The notes: generated from the letters alone by a model not told the origin. Counted from the first letter of the stretch, positions 37,701 to 50,593 are shown. The stretch is 64,000 nucleotides of DNA from Schizochytrium sp. TIO01 (GCA_004764695.1 SMSO01000034.1:3782001-3846000); one strand, 5' to 3'. Numbers and translations are program-made.

Positions 37701-39148
37701 ATGCGGAGCCTTTCTTTTCTCGTGGCAGTTGCTGCCACTCTTATTGCTTCGGCTCAGGCCAGCGTCTCCTTCGAGCTCTGCTCGGACTCCCTCAATGACT
37801 TCGGTATTGAGGATGTCGTCCTCCCCGAGTTCGCTGTTGCTGGCGAGAAGTTTGCTGTTGAGCTGATCCAGAAGCCTAACAAGGCTATCGGCAAGGGCCA
37901 TGTCCGCGTCGAGGTGGATGTGGAGGGTGTCAAGGTCGCCCACGATTGGTTTGAGCTTTGCGAGGTAACAGACTGCCACCTCCAGGCCCACACACCCAGC
38001 AAGACCCTTCTCTGGATGTCTCTTCCTGCTGCCATGCCTGCCGGTTTTGAGACTAGCATCAAGGTGCTCGTCAACGACCATAACGGTGCTCAGCTTTCTT
38101 GTGTTGAGGTCCATGGCATCAACGTTGAGAAGCCCTCATCCAAGAGCTCCTCCAACATGCTCCGTGCCTCTGCTGAGGGCGACAGCATGCTCTCCCTTGC
38201 CCGTGAGGAGCTTGAGTTCTCTTTGACAAGTGGGCACGCGAGTATGGCTTGAAGTTCAGCACCGCTGAAGTCTTCAAGCACATGCGCACCTTTGCTGATA
38301 ACCTCGAGACCATTGCCCTTCACAACAAGGGTGGTCACTCTTACAAGCTCGGTTTGAACGAGTTTGCGCACCTCTCCAACGAGGAGTTTGCCCAGACCCA
38401 CTTTGGCTTCAACGGCAAGATCCCCAACGCCCAGGTCAACCGTGAGTACTACCAGATGGATTCCTCTTCCCTTGGTCTCTCTGATATTCCTGACGAGGTA
38501 GACTGGGTCAAGAAGGGCGCCGTCACCCCGGTCAAGAACCAGGGCTCCTGCGGTAGCTGCTGGTCCTTCTCCACCACTGGTGCTCTCGAGGGTGCCTACT
38601 ACCTTAAAACTGGTAAGCTCGTTTCTTTCTCTGAGGAGGAGCTTGTGAACTGCGACAAGGTTGATCAGGGCTGCAACGGTGGTCTCATGGACAATGCCTT
38701 CCAGTGGATCATGCAGAATGGTGGTCTTTGCTCTGAGGATGACTACCCGTACACCTCCGGCTCTGGCCTTCTCCCCCACCGCTGCAAGAGCTCTTGTGAC
38801 ATTGTTGACGGCAGTGCCCCGACTAGCTTCGTTGATGTTCAGCACAGCGAGATGAGCCTCGAGGAGGCCGTTGCCCAGCAGCCTGTTGCCATTGCCATTG
38901 AAGCTGATCAGCTTGCCTTCCAGTTCTACCGCAAGGGTGTCCTTGTTGGCAACTGCGGCTCCCGCCTTGACCACGGTGTTCTTGCCGTTGGTTACGGTAC
39001 CTACTCTGATGGCAACAAATACTGGAAGGTCAAGAACTCCTGGGGTGGCAGCTGGGGTATGAACGGCTACATTCTCATCCAGCGTGGTAAGCAGGTCCGC
39101 GGTGGAGAGTGTGGTCTTCTTCTCAGTGCTTCTTACCCGGTCCTCTAA
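37701..39148 (+). CDS. Secreted/lysosomal papain-family (C1A, cathepsin L-like) cysteine protease with an N-terminal ML lipid-recognition domain and I29 prodomain, ~482 aa after restoring one base
   Basis: Signal peptide MRSLSFLVAVAATLIASAQA. ML-like region FELC...FELCEVTDC...GAQLSCVEV. Adding one base at ~38219 gives EFLFDKWAREYGLKF, followed by ERFNIN-like EVFKHMRTFADNLETIALHN and GLNEFAHLSNEEF. Catalytic motifs QGSCGSCWSF, DHGVLAVGYG, YWKVKNSWG. Strong codon bias throughout. Confidence 0.9.
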
Positions 39149-39789
39149 GCACGATCTGATGAAATATCTCTTGTCGTTGCCCGTTGTGACCAGAAGATTT
39201 GCGCTGGATTCTATGAGAACAAGATTTGGTTTTCTTGATAGAGGGAATTCCACAGTCTTAATCTCGCAGCAAAACTCCGCTTGCTAGTTACGAACTACGA
39301 ACACCTCGCTCCGTAGGATTTTTCAATTGACAACATTGTATTACACTCATGTCACCTGGGTTTCCTGGCGACCTATACATAACATAACACGTTGCATAAA
39401 CAATAACACCCTTTTTCGAGCTTTTGAAGGTTTTTAATTTCCAACCTCTCCACCCTTCCCGGAAGTCTTTCCATCGATACGCGATATATACTATATCTGC
39501 TAGACGAAAATATACAGGCCATGTTGTTTACGTAAAAATACTTTTAGCCCACACAAGAAATGAGAGATTAGAATCTGCTTCATTACGAAAATATCCAGAG
39601 CATGTTATTGACGTAAATATAATAGCTCATAATCATATACACAAGAAAAATGAAGAAAGTAACTGCTTTAGCACAATATGTACCCTCTATATCAGACATT
39701 AAAAGTTAGAGTCATGATCGTGTGCAAAAGAAATAAAAAATCATTTCATTATAATATATACCGTCTATATCAGTAATTCTAAGAAATAG

Positions 39790-40677
39790 TTATGCCTCAT
39801 CAATTTCTGTACGCATAGTGATTGAAATTCTTGTGCCGCGTTGGATGACATCACCTGCTTGTGCCATTGCAGGAACAAGATTTGCAGTTTCTGCAGAGAT
39901 AATTTCTTGTTCTGCAGCAGGAACACTGTGCAGTGCTTGAGAGTAGGCATTTTTCGTAAAGATGACCAGGCTTCGTGGTCGTAAGACAAGTGTACAAAGC
40001 TCGCGGGGCTCCTTCACTCCAATTTCGTCTGTACTTAGCCGCTCTGTGAATGAAAACGTTGAGCTAGAACCTAACGATAGGCAAGCCACAAGGTCGTGGT
40101 ATCGAGGGCCATCAGTATGCCCCATAATCCCTTGACCCGGTTCATATTCATTCAAAAGAGCATGGTTGGGTTGTATTGCTTTAGGAAATATTTTGGCTTC
40201 AACAAGACTTGAGCTGAGAGACTGGAGCCACTCGGGCATTTCAGGCGAGCGGTGGCACTGGAGTCTTCTGCAGCGAATATCTTTCCATGGGGAAGTTACT
40301 GAATAAATTTGTTTCATCATCTCGGCTTCCTCATCCTCTGATACAAAGTCTGCAATGTACCAAACGTCGCGAAGGCCGTTTGCGTCGATTTTGTATCTTT
40401 CCAAGTTACTTGGCTCCTGCAAGCACATGCTGACGCCGCTCAATGTAGTGTATGGAAATGGTGGATATTCTAAAGCGCGATTCGTTGGGTGTTCTTCATT
40501 CTTTTTGCTAAGAGACTCCTTCTGTATTGTCGTTTCCCCACTCTCAACTGAGTTTAAGGAGGTATGGCTATCTTGTTTCGTTTGTAGAGCACTATTTTCA
40601 TCCGTTTGCTGAGTCTTCTTTTGCTTCTCAAGCCCAGCTTTACGGCGCTCCTCGCGCAACATCGCCATGAAGTCCAT
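39790..40677 (-). CDS. ALKBH6: AlkB-family 2OG-Fe(II) dioxygenase, ALKBH6-like, 295 aa
   Basis: WYIADFVSEDEE, RRLQ, NHALLNEYEPGQGIMGHTDGP (HxD), LRPRSLVIF..AY..ALH and RGTRISITMR. First ATG at 40677. The family is secure; the subfamily is assigned by recalled motif similarity. Confidence 0.82.
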   Translation of the reverse strand: MDFMAMLREERRKAGLEKQKKTQQTDENSALQTKQDSHTSLNSVESGETTIQKESLSKKNEEHPTNRALEYPPFPYTTLSGVSMCLQEPSNLERYKIDANGLRDVWYIADFVSEDEEAEMMKQIYSVTSPWKDIRCRRLQCHRSPEMPEWLQSLSSSLVEAKIFPKAIQPNHALLNEYEPGQGIMGHTDGPRYHDLVACLSLGSSSTFSFTERLSTDEIGVKEPRELCTLVLRPRSLVIFTKNAYSQALHSVPAAEQEIISAETANLVPAMAQAGDVIQRGTRISITMRTEIDEA

Positions 40678-41576
40678 GACGAACACCTTTGCCTCACTAA
40701 ATACTAAAACAAGGCTACAGAGCTAGTAGCAATATCACGAGAGCGTGTTGGCCTGGGCCAATCTATGCAGAATAAAGGCGAGGCTCGAAAAGCTAGCAGT
40801 AGAGAGGTGAAAAACCGAAGTCTCATACGTATTTGCTTTCTCATGATCTCAACTTCCTTGTTACCAGAATCAGCAACTGTATAGCTATAGTATAAAAGAC
40901 CTAGTGTACAATACCAACTAGTTCTACTACTTTAAAAACCAAACAAAACAAAAAGAGAGCAACAATCAATGAGACATGCGTTCTCAGCCAAGGATAGGGA
41001 TATCGATATTTCTAGTTTTGGGTTTGTGTGAATGCACCAATGTAGTAGGCCTAAAACAATAGGTAGTGGATTTCAAGGTCATGATATCAAAGAAATAAAT
41101 CATAAAAAGCAGGCATAAGATAAATTTTGCTAGACAAACACCGGGGTATAGAAATGAGGGGCAATCAAAAAGTAGGGATGAGTTTGGTCGGAGAAGGGCA
41201 CACTAGAGCATCTCATTTTCCATCTCATTTGGAAGATCACAAAAGCATGATTGTAAGAAGGTCGCTTTACAAGATACACTTGCTTGCGCTAGTGAGTAGC
41301 TTCGTGACAGATCTCCTACAGAGGTCATATTTTCCTTTTTCAATTGGCCAACTCCCTGTTCCTGAAAGTGATGATGTGCAGCACGATTAATGTAGTCAGA
41401 AGTGTAGATGTCTCTACAAGTTCTCGATTTAAGCACAATCACTTTATACACGGATGAGGAAGAGGTTTGAGATGACCGAAGGAGGGAAACATGGCAAAGG
41501 TTCATAGTTCTTCAGGTTCCAACAGAATGGCACAATCGTTTTTTCAACAACATTGTGAGTCATTGAGCTGGTGGGC

Positions 41577-43154
41577 TTATTCCCACTTCTTGACGAGCTC
41601 CTCGTGGTGCTCGCGGAAGCGGTGGAGTGCAGCCTCAAGTTCCTTGGTCTCAGGGAGAATGGTGAGACGGAGGTGGAAGGTGCCGGGGACCTGGTCGAAG
41701 CCGCTGCCAGGCACAGCGCAGATACCTGTGGCACGGAGCAGGGAGAGAGCGTACATAGTGTCCGGGGCCTTGCCCTTGGCCTTGGCGTCCTCGATGAATG
41801 CCTTAGGAAGAGTAATGGTAGGGAAGGCGTACATGGCGCCGTCAGCAGGCTGGCAGGAGACACCAGGGACCTCGTTAAGCATACGCTCAATCATCTTAGC
41901 CTTCTCCTTGAGGCCGCCAAGAATAGCGCCACGTTCCTCCTGAAACTGAGGAGCAGAATCCTTGGTAGGGGGGCGAACCATGAGGTCGGTCATGACCTGG
42001 CCATCAAGGTTGGAACAGAGTCCAGCGTTAGCAAGCTTGACGAGCTGACCAAAAACATCCTCGTCAAAGTTGCAAAGCTCCATGTAGCCACCACGGCGGC
42101 CGCACTCACCAATGAATCCCTTGCTGGTGGAGTGAAAAGAAGCGAGCTCGATAGGGATGTCGAGGTCCTGCATGACCTTCTTGGCAGAGATGAAGGGCTT
42201 GTCCTGGTAGATGTTCTCCTGGTACACTTCGTCAGCGAGAAGCACAAGGTTCTTCTTGGCACAGAAGCGAACAACGCTGGCAAGGTCATCGTACGAGAGC
42301 ACGTTGCCAGTAGGGTTGCCGGGGTTGATGAGCACAAAGGCACGCGGGGTGTTGCCCTTGGCCACAGAGCTCTCGTAAGAACGGTTAAGCTCATCCTCAG
42401 TGAGAGCCCACTGCTTGGACTCATCAAGGTAGTATCCTTCGGCCTGGCCATTGAAGAGAGCAATAAGGGCGGAGTAAATAGGGTACTGGGGAGTCGGGGT
42501 CATGACGGAGTGGGTCGGGTCTGCGATGATTGCAGTGAGGAGAAGCTGAATGCCAGAAGAAGCTCCGTTGGTCAGGAAAAGTTTGGTGTGGTCACAGGGG
42601 TAGCCATCACGGTCCTCGATGAATTTGGCAACGTTCTTGCGGATGAGCTCCACACCCTGGCTGTCGGAATAGGCACCAGATCCGCCAGGAATGTTCTTGA
42701 CAAGCTCCTCAGCGCGGGAGATCTCCTCCTCGGTGTAGAGTTTCTGGAGGTTCTCGCGGTGCTCAGGGGCGAGGAGACGAGGGTTATCAACAAGGGAAAG
42801 AACCTGACGGTAAAAGGAGATGGCGGGGGCGCCGACTGCCTGAGGGTTTCCGATGTTGCAAAGAAGGATTTTGTCAAAAGGGTAGTCCTTGGAGCCCTGG
42901 CGAAGCTCCTGTGCGATTTTACCAGCAGCTACGGGGACTTCACCACGGACTGCATACTCCATCTTAACGAGGTGCTCGTTGATGTTGTCGATGCGCATGC
43001 TAGGGTTGTACTTGGTGCTGGTTGATGCCTCAGCAGCAGTAGACATGGCAGCGAAGGCCTGAACTCCAATGGCGGCACGAGAGCGGTTGTTTCCAAGACG
43101 CTTGGCAGCGCCCTGAAGCGCCGCAGATCTCCTTGCGAGTGTCCACATGGTCAT
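41577..43154 (-). CDS. GPT: Alanine aminotransferase (PLP class I/II), with a probable mitochondrial presequence, 525 aa
   Basis: EYAVRG, CNIGNPQ, GAYSDSQG, INPGNPTG, LADEVYQENIY, SFHSTSKGFIGECGRRGGY (PLP lysine), VPGSGFDQVPGTFHLRLTILP. The N-terminus is Arg/Ala-rich and lacks acidic residues. Confidence 0.95.
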   Translation of the reverse strand: MTMWTLARRSAALQGAAKRLGNNRSRAAIGVQAFAAMSTAAEASTSTKYNPSMRIDNINEHLVKMEYAVRGEVPVAAGKIAQELRQGSKDYPFDKILLCNIGNPQAVGAPAISFYRQVLSLVDNPRLLAPEHRENLQKLYTEEEISRAEELVKNIPGGSGAYSDSQGVELIRKNVAKFIEDRDGYPCDHTKLFLTNGASSGIQLLLTAIIADPTHSVMTPTPQYPIYSALIALFNGQAEGYYLDESKQWALTEDELNRSYESSVAKGNTPRAFVLINPGNPTGNVLSYDDLASVVRFCAKKNLVLLADEVYQENIYQDKPFISAKKVMQDLDIPIELASFHSTSKGFIGECGRRGGYMELCNFDEDVFGQLVKLANAGLCSNLDGQVMTDLMVRPPTKDSAPQFQEERGAILGGLKEKAKMIERMLNEVPGVSCQPADGAMYAFPTITLPKAFIEDAKAKGKAPDTMYALSLLRATGICAVPGSGFDQVPGTFHLRLTILPETKELEAALHRFREHHEELVKKWE

Positions 43155-46100
43155 TTTGGATTAAAATTTAGCCTTGGCAACGTCTTTGTGAGAAAGTTTG
43201 TTGCTTGTTGGAGTTGTGCTCGTTGTGGTTTTGTTGGCTAATGCTCACCTTCGAGCTGACCTTGAGCTTAGCAAGGCTTGAAACTGTCTGCCGAACGGAT
43301 TGAAGGCGATGCCTTTGCTATCAGTTCAACGCGGGCTTCCGTGTCGAAGGGAGTTGAGGGTTTGCAAGCTGCGCGAGCGACTGCCAAGCCGCTCGACCGA
43401 TCGTCCGTTCGTTCGTTCGTGGTCTGCCTCCGCTCTCTCTTTCCCTCTCTCTCTCTTTCTCTGCTATTTCTTTCTAGTATTTCTTTCTATTTTAAAAACA
43501 AATACTTTGTTTTTAATTAAAAGGTTTCTTTTTTCTCTTATTCCTTCATTCTCGAATCGATGCTGGTGCCCCAAAGCAAACTAAAGCCAAGGACCGAAAA
43601 CCCAAACAGCTTGCTTGAGCTCTATGCCAGTGGAGGTTTTCTCTTCGGCCTGCGGCTGCCCTCTCTTGGTTTGCGGTGTCGTGAGCTCAGAGCCACGGCT
43701 CGACTGATGCCTCTCTCCGCTCAGGTGCTCTGGGTCTCCTATTCCCGCGGCTTCGCGTCTCTTTTCATTCTCAATGTTCTCTTGGAGGTCCTTCGTCACA
43801 AGAATGAGGTTACTACAAAAGGGATTTCCAAGAGTTAAAGCGCATTCTTAAGACTGCTAAAAAGTCTCTTGCCGTCATAGTTATTATTATATTCTCAATA
43901 TTAATCTTAATATTCGTACTCTTATTGATGAAAATAATAAGTTTAAAACAACAAGGTTCTCTTGCTTGAAAGAAAATGGCATGAATGAATGAATGAACAA
44001 AACTAAATAAATGAATGATTTATCTATCGACTTAGTATAATAGGAATGATGGGGTGTTTTGGTTATTTGCAAAAATCGAAACCAACCCATCCATCCTTTG
44101 ACTTGCTCGCACCGCTGATCTTCTGTTAAAACCACTGCCAATCAGTTGGCTGTCACTGAATAACTCACTCACTATAGCTAGTTGCGCTAACTGTTCGATT
44201 ATCGACGGATGGGAAATGCATGCGCGAGAGAAGAGCACCATGCCTGTTTTTTATTTCCATTATCATTCCTTTTTAAAACGAGATGCCAAACATCGAGAAA
44301 GGAAATGAATGAATGAATGAATGAATACCTACCAGCTCAGATATTCCTGAGACCAACGCCGACAGCAGATATTGTTGGCTTCTGTGGATGCCAAACTCGA
44401 GACCGAGGCTCCACAAGCCACGCTTTCCTCGGGAGCAGGTCAAAGAGGCTCAATGCATTCGCACAGACCACTCAGAACGAACGAATCGAGGCCATGGCAC
44501 CCGTGCTCAGCAGCGGGTGCGTCCTCGTATTCCCATGGGTCGCTCGTTGTACGAGCACACGGAGGAAAACAAAAGAAACATTATTTGCTCTTTCTTTTTG
44601 GGGGTCTTTTCTGTAGAATGGTTATAAACAGAATTTCGAAAGGCTGAACGAGAGTATTAATTAATTATAATTGTTTCTAATATTATAATTGTTGTTGTTA
44701 TTATTATTAACTCTTTATCTAAAAGGAAATGTATATTTAGTTAAAAGTTATATTAAACCATTCACGAATCTAAACGTCGGTTCTCAAGTCCAAAACCAAT
44801 CAGGCGCATCGCTTTCCCGCGCATGGCGATGGCAGAAGTTTGTTTGACTTGTGTTTTTTGTTTCTCCTGTGCGCGGAGTAAATGAGGTCAACATGATATC
44901 TCCATTCGTCACGGCACCTCCCTGGTTTCATTCGCTCATTTACACGGGTGCTTCCGCTGCACGGCCTCAAGCTCTAAAAGAAAGAAACAAAGAAAAAGAA
45001 AGAAAAAGAAAGCAAAAAATAAAGAAAGAAAGACAGAAAGAAAGAAAGAAAGAAAGAAAGCAATCAAATAAGCGAGCAAGAAGGAAAGAAGGCGAAGAAT
45101 CTATCTGCCTCTCCATCCGCCCGTCGATCAGTCTGCAGCTTCGCCTGCGTGAGAGGCTCCCTGTATGGCTGCCTGGCTGACCGTCTGACTGTCTGTCTGT
45201 CTGACTGACTGACTGACAACTGTCGTGGCGCCTTTCTTCGCAGCCTCGATCGATCATCTTCGATCGTCAGTCATCGGCAAAGAACTGGAAACAGAGCGAT
45301 GAACGCGATGTTCACGGCGCCTTCCTTTTCCACCCTGCCATTGGCACACTCCTTACTATCCTACTGTACACCCGCCCTCCGCCTCGATCCTGGGATGATA
45401 CATGGGCATGTGGCTCTGGCTCCCGGCAAGGGAGGGGTGAAGGGGGAGTCCTATGACCTATCCTAGTTACAGGTTTTCCGAAAATGGTTTTGATATTCTT
45501 TTTTTTTTCTTTCTTTCTTCCTCCTTCGTTTTTTTTAATTTATTTTTTTTAGTGTTTTTCGTTCAAAGGAAAGAGGCTCCGAATTATATTATAAAAAAGA
45601 GAAGATCGACGAATGATGCATGAACGAAATGAATGAATGATGATCACGCTTTGCAGCTGTAGACAGTAAGTGGGTTCAACCATGTAATCACGAACTGCGA
45701 TCAGAAAGATGCGAAAGGTGAGGAGGCTCTCTTCTTGGGAGTATTTCGATCGACAGAATTAGGCACTCGTCCAAGACCATTCGTGGAATGCTCATCTACT
45801 TTTTGACGCCCAAACAAAGAATTACCCAAATAAACAACTAAATGACTGGAAATTAATGATTTATTTGGGGTACATACAGACGGACAAATCAATTGCTTCT
45901 GCGCCGCATTGAAGAGCTCATCCGCCTAATCTATATATTATTTACTGCTCCGCTTGCTGAGGGAGATGCGCAAACGGTGCAGTGAATGGGAAATCAAACA
46001 AAGGTTTGCGTATGGGCTTACTAAACTGAGCGAAGGCACGACTTGAAAACGCATCGATGGTGAAGGCAGAACTGGGAATAGCCGCCCCAAAGAAAGCACC

Positions 46101-47244
46101 AGAAACAGCGCGTTATTGTCTCTCTCAGATTCTTTCTTTTTGTTTTATAGAAAAGGAAAAAATCACTGAAGGGTGATAACCTAAGAGTTTTCATTTTTAG
46201 AGTGCGAGAACTCTACAAAGGATCAGCAATGACTCTCGGCGTCGCGGCAATTATAGGCTGCAGATTATGCGCGAAAGACCGCGAGGACGACTTGATTATG
46301 GCTAATCTTCACGCTTATGGCCTGCTCCAGAATGCGTACACGGGTTATTTTCTTAGAATCTGAGAAAACCTCTTCGATAGAAGAGGACCATCGAGACTGC
46401 CTGCCACTCGCATCCCTCGAATTGAACAGACCATGAAACTAGTACTAAGCTTTATTTTTAAAAAAATTATTTTCACAGTTATACTATGAGTCTAACACGA
46501 AGCTATATTCTATGTCCGCACTCGCGGAAGTTTAAACTTTGGGCGATATAATTTTCACTAGGTAGGTTCTACCTACTGTGAGGTGACAAGATTTTACGAA
46601 GAAAAGCCTAAAGTCAAAAGTCAGTAAAGGCAAAAGGGAGAAGAAAGGCAATAAACAAACAAGCAAATAAAACTATTCATTGTTGCTTTTGTTGTTGTTG
46701 AAAGAAGCACGACTAACTAACTTGAATTACGGGTTGTTTTGAAGGCTCGAAGGGAGGTTGTGGGGCGTCTGTTTCTTTCACAATCAAGCCGACAGTATCT
46801 CATAGCGAGGCGGCCAATCAATGTGCTCTGAGTCACCGCTGCCACGGCCTCGAAGCGACGACGCCCAGAGACAGCCGAGTCTCATCGAAGCCAACCAAGC
46901 TTTGGCTCCAGAGCATTCATTTATTCACTCATTCATTTATTCATTCATTCATCGAGGACCTTGCTAGCTATAGCTAGTTGGGTACCTAGTAGTTAAACTA
47001 CCCAGTCAGCCGGGTGTGAAGGAGAAGAAAAAAGAAGTGATCTCCTTTTTCAATTAACAGAAGGGAGTATTGGAGCTGCTTTTGTATCCTTTGGAGAAAG
47101 GCAGGAAAGGAGAGGTTTTAGGCTCTTCAATTAAAAAGCTAGTTTATTGCGTTTTCCATTAAAATTAACAATTAATTGCGATTAATCAATCAACGAAAGC
47201 AGTCAACCAATTCCTTCTCATTACCTGGTACCACCTCCTCTTTC

Positions 47245-47274
47245 ATTCTTTCTTTCTTTCATTCTTTCATTCAT

Positions 47275-47322
<48 letters not shown>

Positions 47323-47323
47323 T
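47245..47323. repeat. (TTCT)n microsatellite with TTCA interruptions
   Basis: Direct reading. Confidence 0.9.
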
Positions 47324-49799
47324 CAAGTTGCTGCACTTTGTACGTTAGGATAACGAGTATTAGCGAATCCTCTATCACTTGTAGCACCGCGTCAAAATGA
47401 TGAGGCAATTAAGTGACTCTTGTTGCACGCACGTTCTTAGAAAGGGCGCTCCCTCCCTCCTCTGGCAAGTTGAGCAGCTCTCGCCTGCTTGCTGCTTCTC
47501 GAGGCCTGGCACCCGCTGCAAGCTGTCAGCGTTGGGCGCAACGAGTTATGGCCTTGCTCTGGTTGCCTCGAAGAGCCTTCGAGGCACCTAGTAGGAGGGC
47601 GCTAACTCTGGCGCCAACCACTGCAAACCATCGATTGGCGAATTCTTGGTCACAATTTTTGGCTTCTGATTATTGAAACGAAGAACGAAGAGTGTTTTAC
47701 TTTGTTAGAATGCATTTCTTTTCAAGTTAACAATTATGAATCAAGAAAAAGATTGTTTTAGGTTTTCAATATATTGTTATTTAGTGATAATAAAAATAAT
47801 TTTGTGAATGTAAAAGGAAAAGGTAAGGAGGTACGTAGTGGCGCGTAGGAGTCGGTAGGGGGGGAATTGTCAACCTTATCTTGAGTCCTCAGTGATGATA
47901 TTTTGTTTTGCTGTTTTTGTGATGCCCTCGCAGGAACTGCTCAGCTACGATCACGACGACCACCAAGGCTTTTAGCTGTGCAGTCTCCTCTATGAGCCCT
48001 CTGGAGTCGGGCCGAGGAGAGGTGAATGCAGGTTGTCCTGACGACTGATTGTCGAGAGTCTTTCGTGGAGTTCAAGAAGAGGCCGCAGGTCCTGTCCGGG
48101 CTTACAGACGGAGAAGAATTGCTCGACCCAGACAGTGGAACCCGACGTGCCGGTTCTTGGTGCTTGTCTTTAAAAATTAAAAAACTAAAGAAAGAGGGGG
48201 AAAGAGTAGGAGGGAAAAAAATGTTTTACTTTCTTCTTGAAAGAAAATTGCTGCAGCGTAACGCAGCAAGGCTCGCTGATGGTGCAATCTTCTCCTTCCT
48301 GGGTTTGGTACGCTGGATATTTAAAAAAACATATTTGGCATAGCGCTCGCAAAGCTACGCCGATTCCACATATTCGCTTTGTTCGTCGTACTAACTAACG
48401 CCTTTGATGGAATTACACGTGTCGAGAATTCGTGCTCGCTCATGATTGTAAGCTAACTACAAGAACCATGTACTATTTCTTCACTTTTGTAGTCTATGCG
48501 AAGGCGAGGCTTGCGTGAAGGAATAAACGCCATGACTGGCCAACGTAAAGGAGCATTAAAGCATATTACAAGCGGAGGACGCGAGCCAAGGCCCAAACAA
48601 GAAACCAAGGATTGATCAGCAAAATGTGCAAGAAATTTCGATAGCTTGACAGCTATGTTTCAAGGATCTATCCAGGGCATGACAGCGTTGTAGTTGTCTA
48701 AAAGAAGCAAGAATCTGGGACCTTTACTTTCATCTAAACTTATAAATAGTTACAAATATAACTAACAGTTTTTCCTTTTCTTCCCTTAAAAAATTGATAC
48801 CCTGGTTCTTTGCTCATGAACTTGTATGACGAGCTTCATCTAGCAGAATTCGGATACATGCCGGCGCCCGCCTTTGCACTGCAACTTACCAAGAGAAACA
48901 GAAGCTTCCACGACGCCATGCGTATCCCCGCGCTGGTTCCGTCTCGTGTAAGCTTTTCTCTTCAAGATCTTCCATTCGTGCCGCCATCATGACAATGAAA
49001 AGCTCGAGACTTTCACAAACTTCTGAGGTAGGTAACCTACTTTGCATGTTCACGAGGCAAGCCGGTCAGGGTCAGAAAGAAGAGTTAAGGTTGCACCTCG
49101 GCCATTCCCGTGGCTCGCGAAGGTCTCAGCGCCGCCAAGAAGACACTATTCACTGCAAGGCACCTGCTCGGCCTTACGAGTTCGGAAAGAATTCCTGTCT
49201 CAATACTTCCTCCCGTCGCACATCACGAGCAAGCAAGTGTTTTCCTCGTCTTGTGCTTCTTCTTCTTCTTCGTCTTCTTCTATACCCAAAAAGGCACCTC
49301 CGTTTTGACAGATGCGTAGGTTCTACGATGTCTGATTTCTGCAGGCAGGCATTTATTTACCTCTGCAGCTCATCATGCTGCCAACCCAACACAGTCCACT
49401 CCACTTCTCTCGCGACCTTCCGAGCTCTTTCTTCGTGAGCCGCGATCGCCCAAATCAAAGCGCCTCCCTCGCTGCAAAGGATGGAATGCATCATCATCGC
49501 CAATTTGCCATTCATTCATTCATTCATTCATTCATTCATTCATTCATCACCTGTGCACCTTCGTACCGTCAACCGTGGCGGCATTGCTGCAAGTTAGCGA
49601 GCGATCGAACAATCTACGGGGACCCTAGCGGGCGCTACCGGAAACGCCTAGCGCCCGCTAGCTGGTAGCTGCCATCCCCGGCGCCTGGAAGCAGCGAAAG
49701 CAGAAAGTGAAAAGTAGCCGTGAACGTCTCGTTGTACCGGCACCATTGTGGGACGCCAGCAGCACTTCGGGCGACGCCTGTGCGCGAATAGGTCCCGAG

Positions 49800-49903
49800 C
49801 AAGCCAAAACAACCCAAGACAAGGCAAGACAAGCCAAGCCAAAACAACCCAAGACAAGACAAGCCAAGACAAGACAACGCAAGGCAAGACAAGACAAGAC
49901 AAG
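49800..49903. repeat. Degenerate pentanucleotide (CAAGA/CAAGC)n array
   Basis: Direct reading. Confidence 0.85.
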
Positions 49904-50074
49904 AGGAGTGGAAAGCGTCAAGAGGCACAGGAACTCGGGAACTAACGGAGTTCATAACTTGATGGAGGGCGGCTTGAGTGGATGGATAAGACAGAGCGCC
50001 GATGACACGAATAGGGCATGCAGGCAGGCAGGCAGGCAGACATGCATGCATGCATGGTAGTGGATGTGGGGAGA

Positions 50075-50281
50075 ATGGCGGCTCTCGAGGCCGTGGAGCA
50101 AGCAGAGCGAAAGAAACTGACCGCGCTGCAGGCAGCTCAAGTCGCGTTGAAAGTCGAGGCTTGGGAAGAAGAACTGGAGGACGCCAGGACCTCAGGGTTG
50201 ACGATAGCAGAGAACAGGGACCTAGCCGAGGTTCTGTGGATGAAAATAAAAAAAAGCGCTGCGCCTGATGCCGAAGAGTAA
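50075..50281 (+). CDS. Possible small helical protein (68 aa) or gene fragment
   Basis: The ATG ORF MAALEAVEQAERKKLTALQAAQVALKVEAWEEELEDARTSGLTIAENRDLAEVLWMKIKK... has protein-like, non-repetitive composition between microsatellites. No homology recognised. Confidence 0.25.
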   Translation: MAALEAVEQAERKKLTALQAAQVALKVEAWEEELEDARTSGLTIAENRDLAEVLWMKIKKSAAPDAEE

Positions 50282-50593
50282 TCTGTCGCTCTCTCTCTCG
50301 CTCGTTCACTCAATAAATGTTCACTCACTCACTCACTCGCTCACTCACTCGCTCACTCACTTACTGACTCGCTCACTGCAGGGGTAATGAGCGAGGTAAA
50401 TAAAAGATGTGGTCACAAAGTCTGTAGTGCGAGAGTTCTTGGAATGAATCAAGCTGGCGAAGAAGGAAGCAAAGATGCATCATCATCATTGCCGTTGATA
50501 AGAGAAGGTCTGTGAGTGAGTGAGTGAGTGAGTGCGTGAGTGAGTTAGAGATGATTCTGATTTTATATGACAGGTGGAGGAGGGATAAATGGC

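Noticed and set aside
41571-43025. 484-aa + strand ORF antisense to alanine aminotransferase (likewise 38090-39253 against the protease and 62163-62546 against H3)
   Set aside because: Codon-aligned antisense shadows expected from strong codon bias in highly expressed genes; no recognisable motifs.
45318-45448. Pyrimidine-rich and purine-rich tracts that could form an imperfect hairpin
   Set aside because: Pairing relies on low-complexity sequence and many G.U pairs; compatible with chance.
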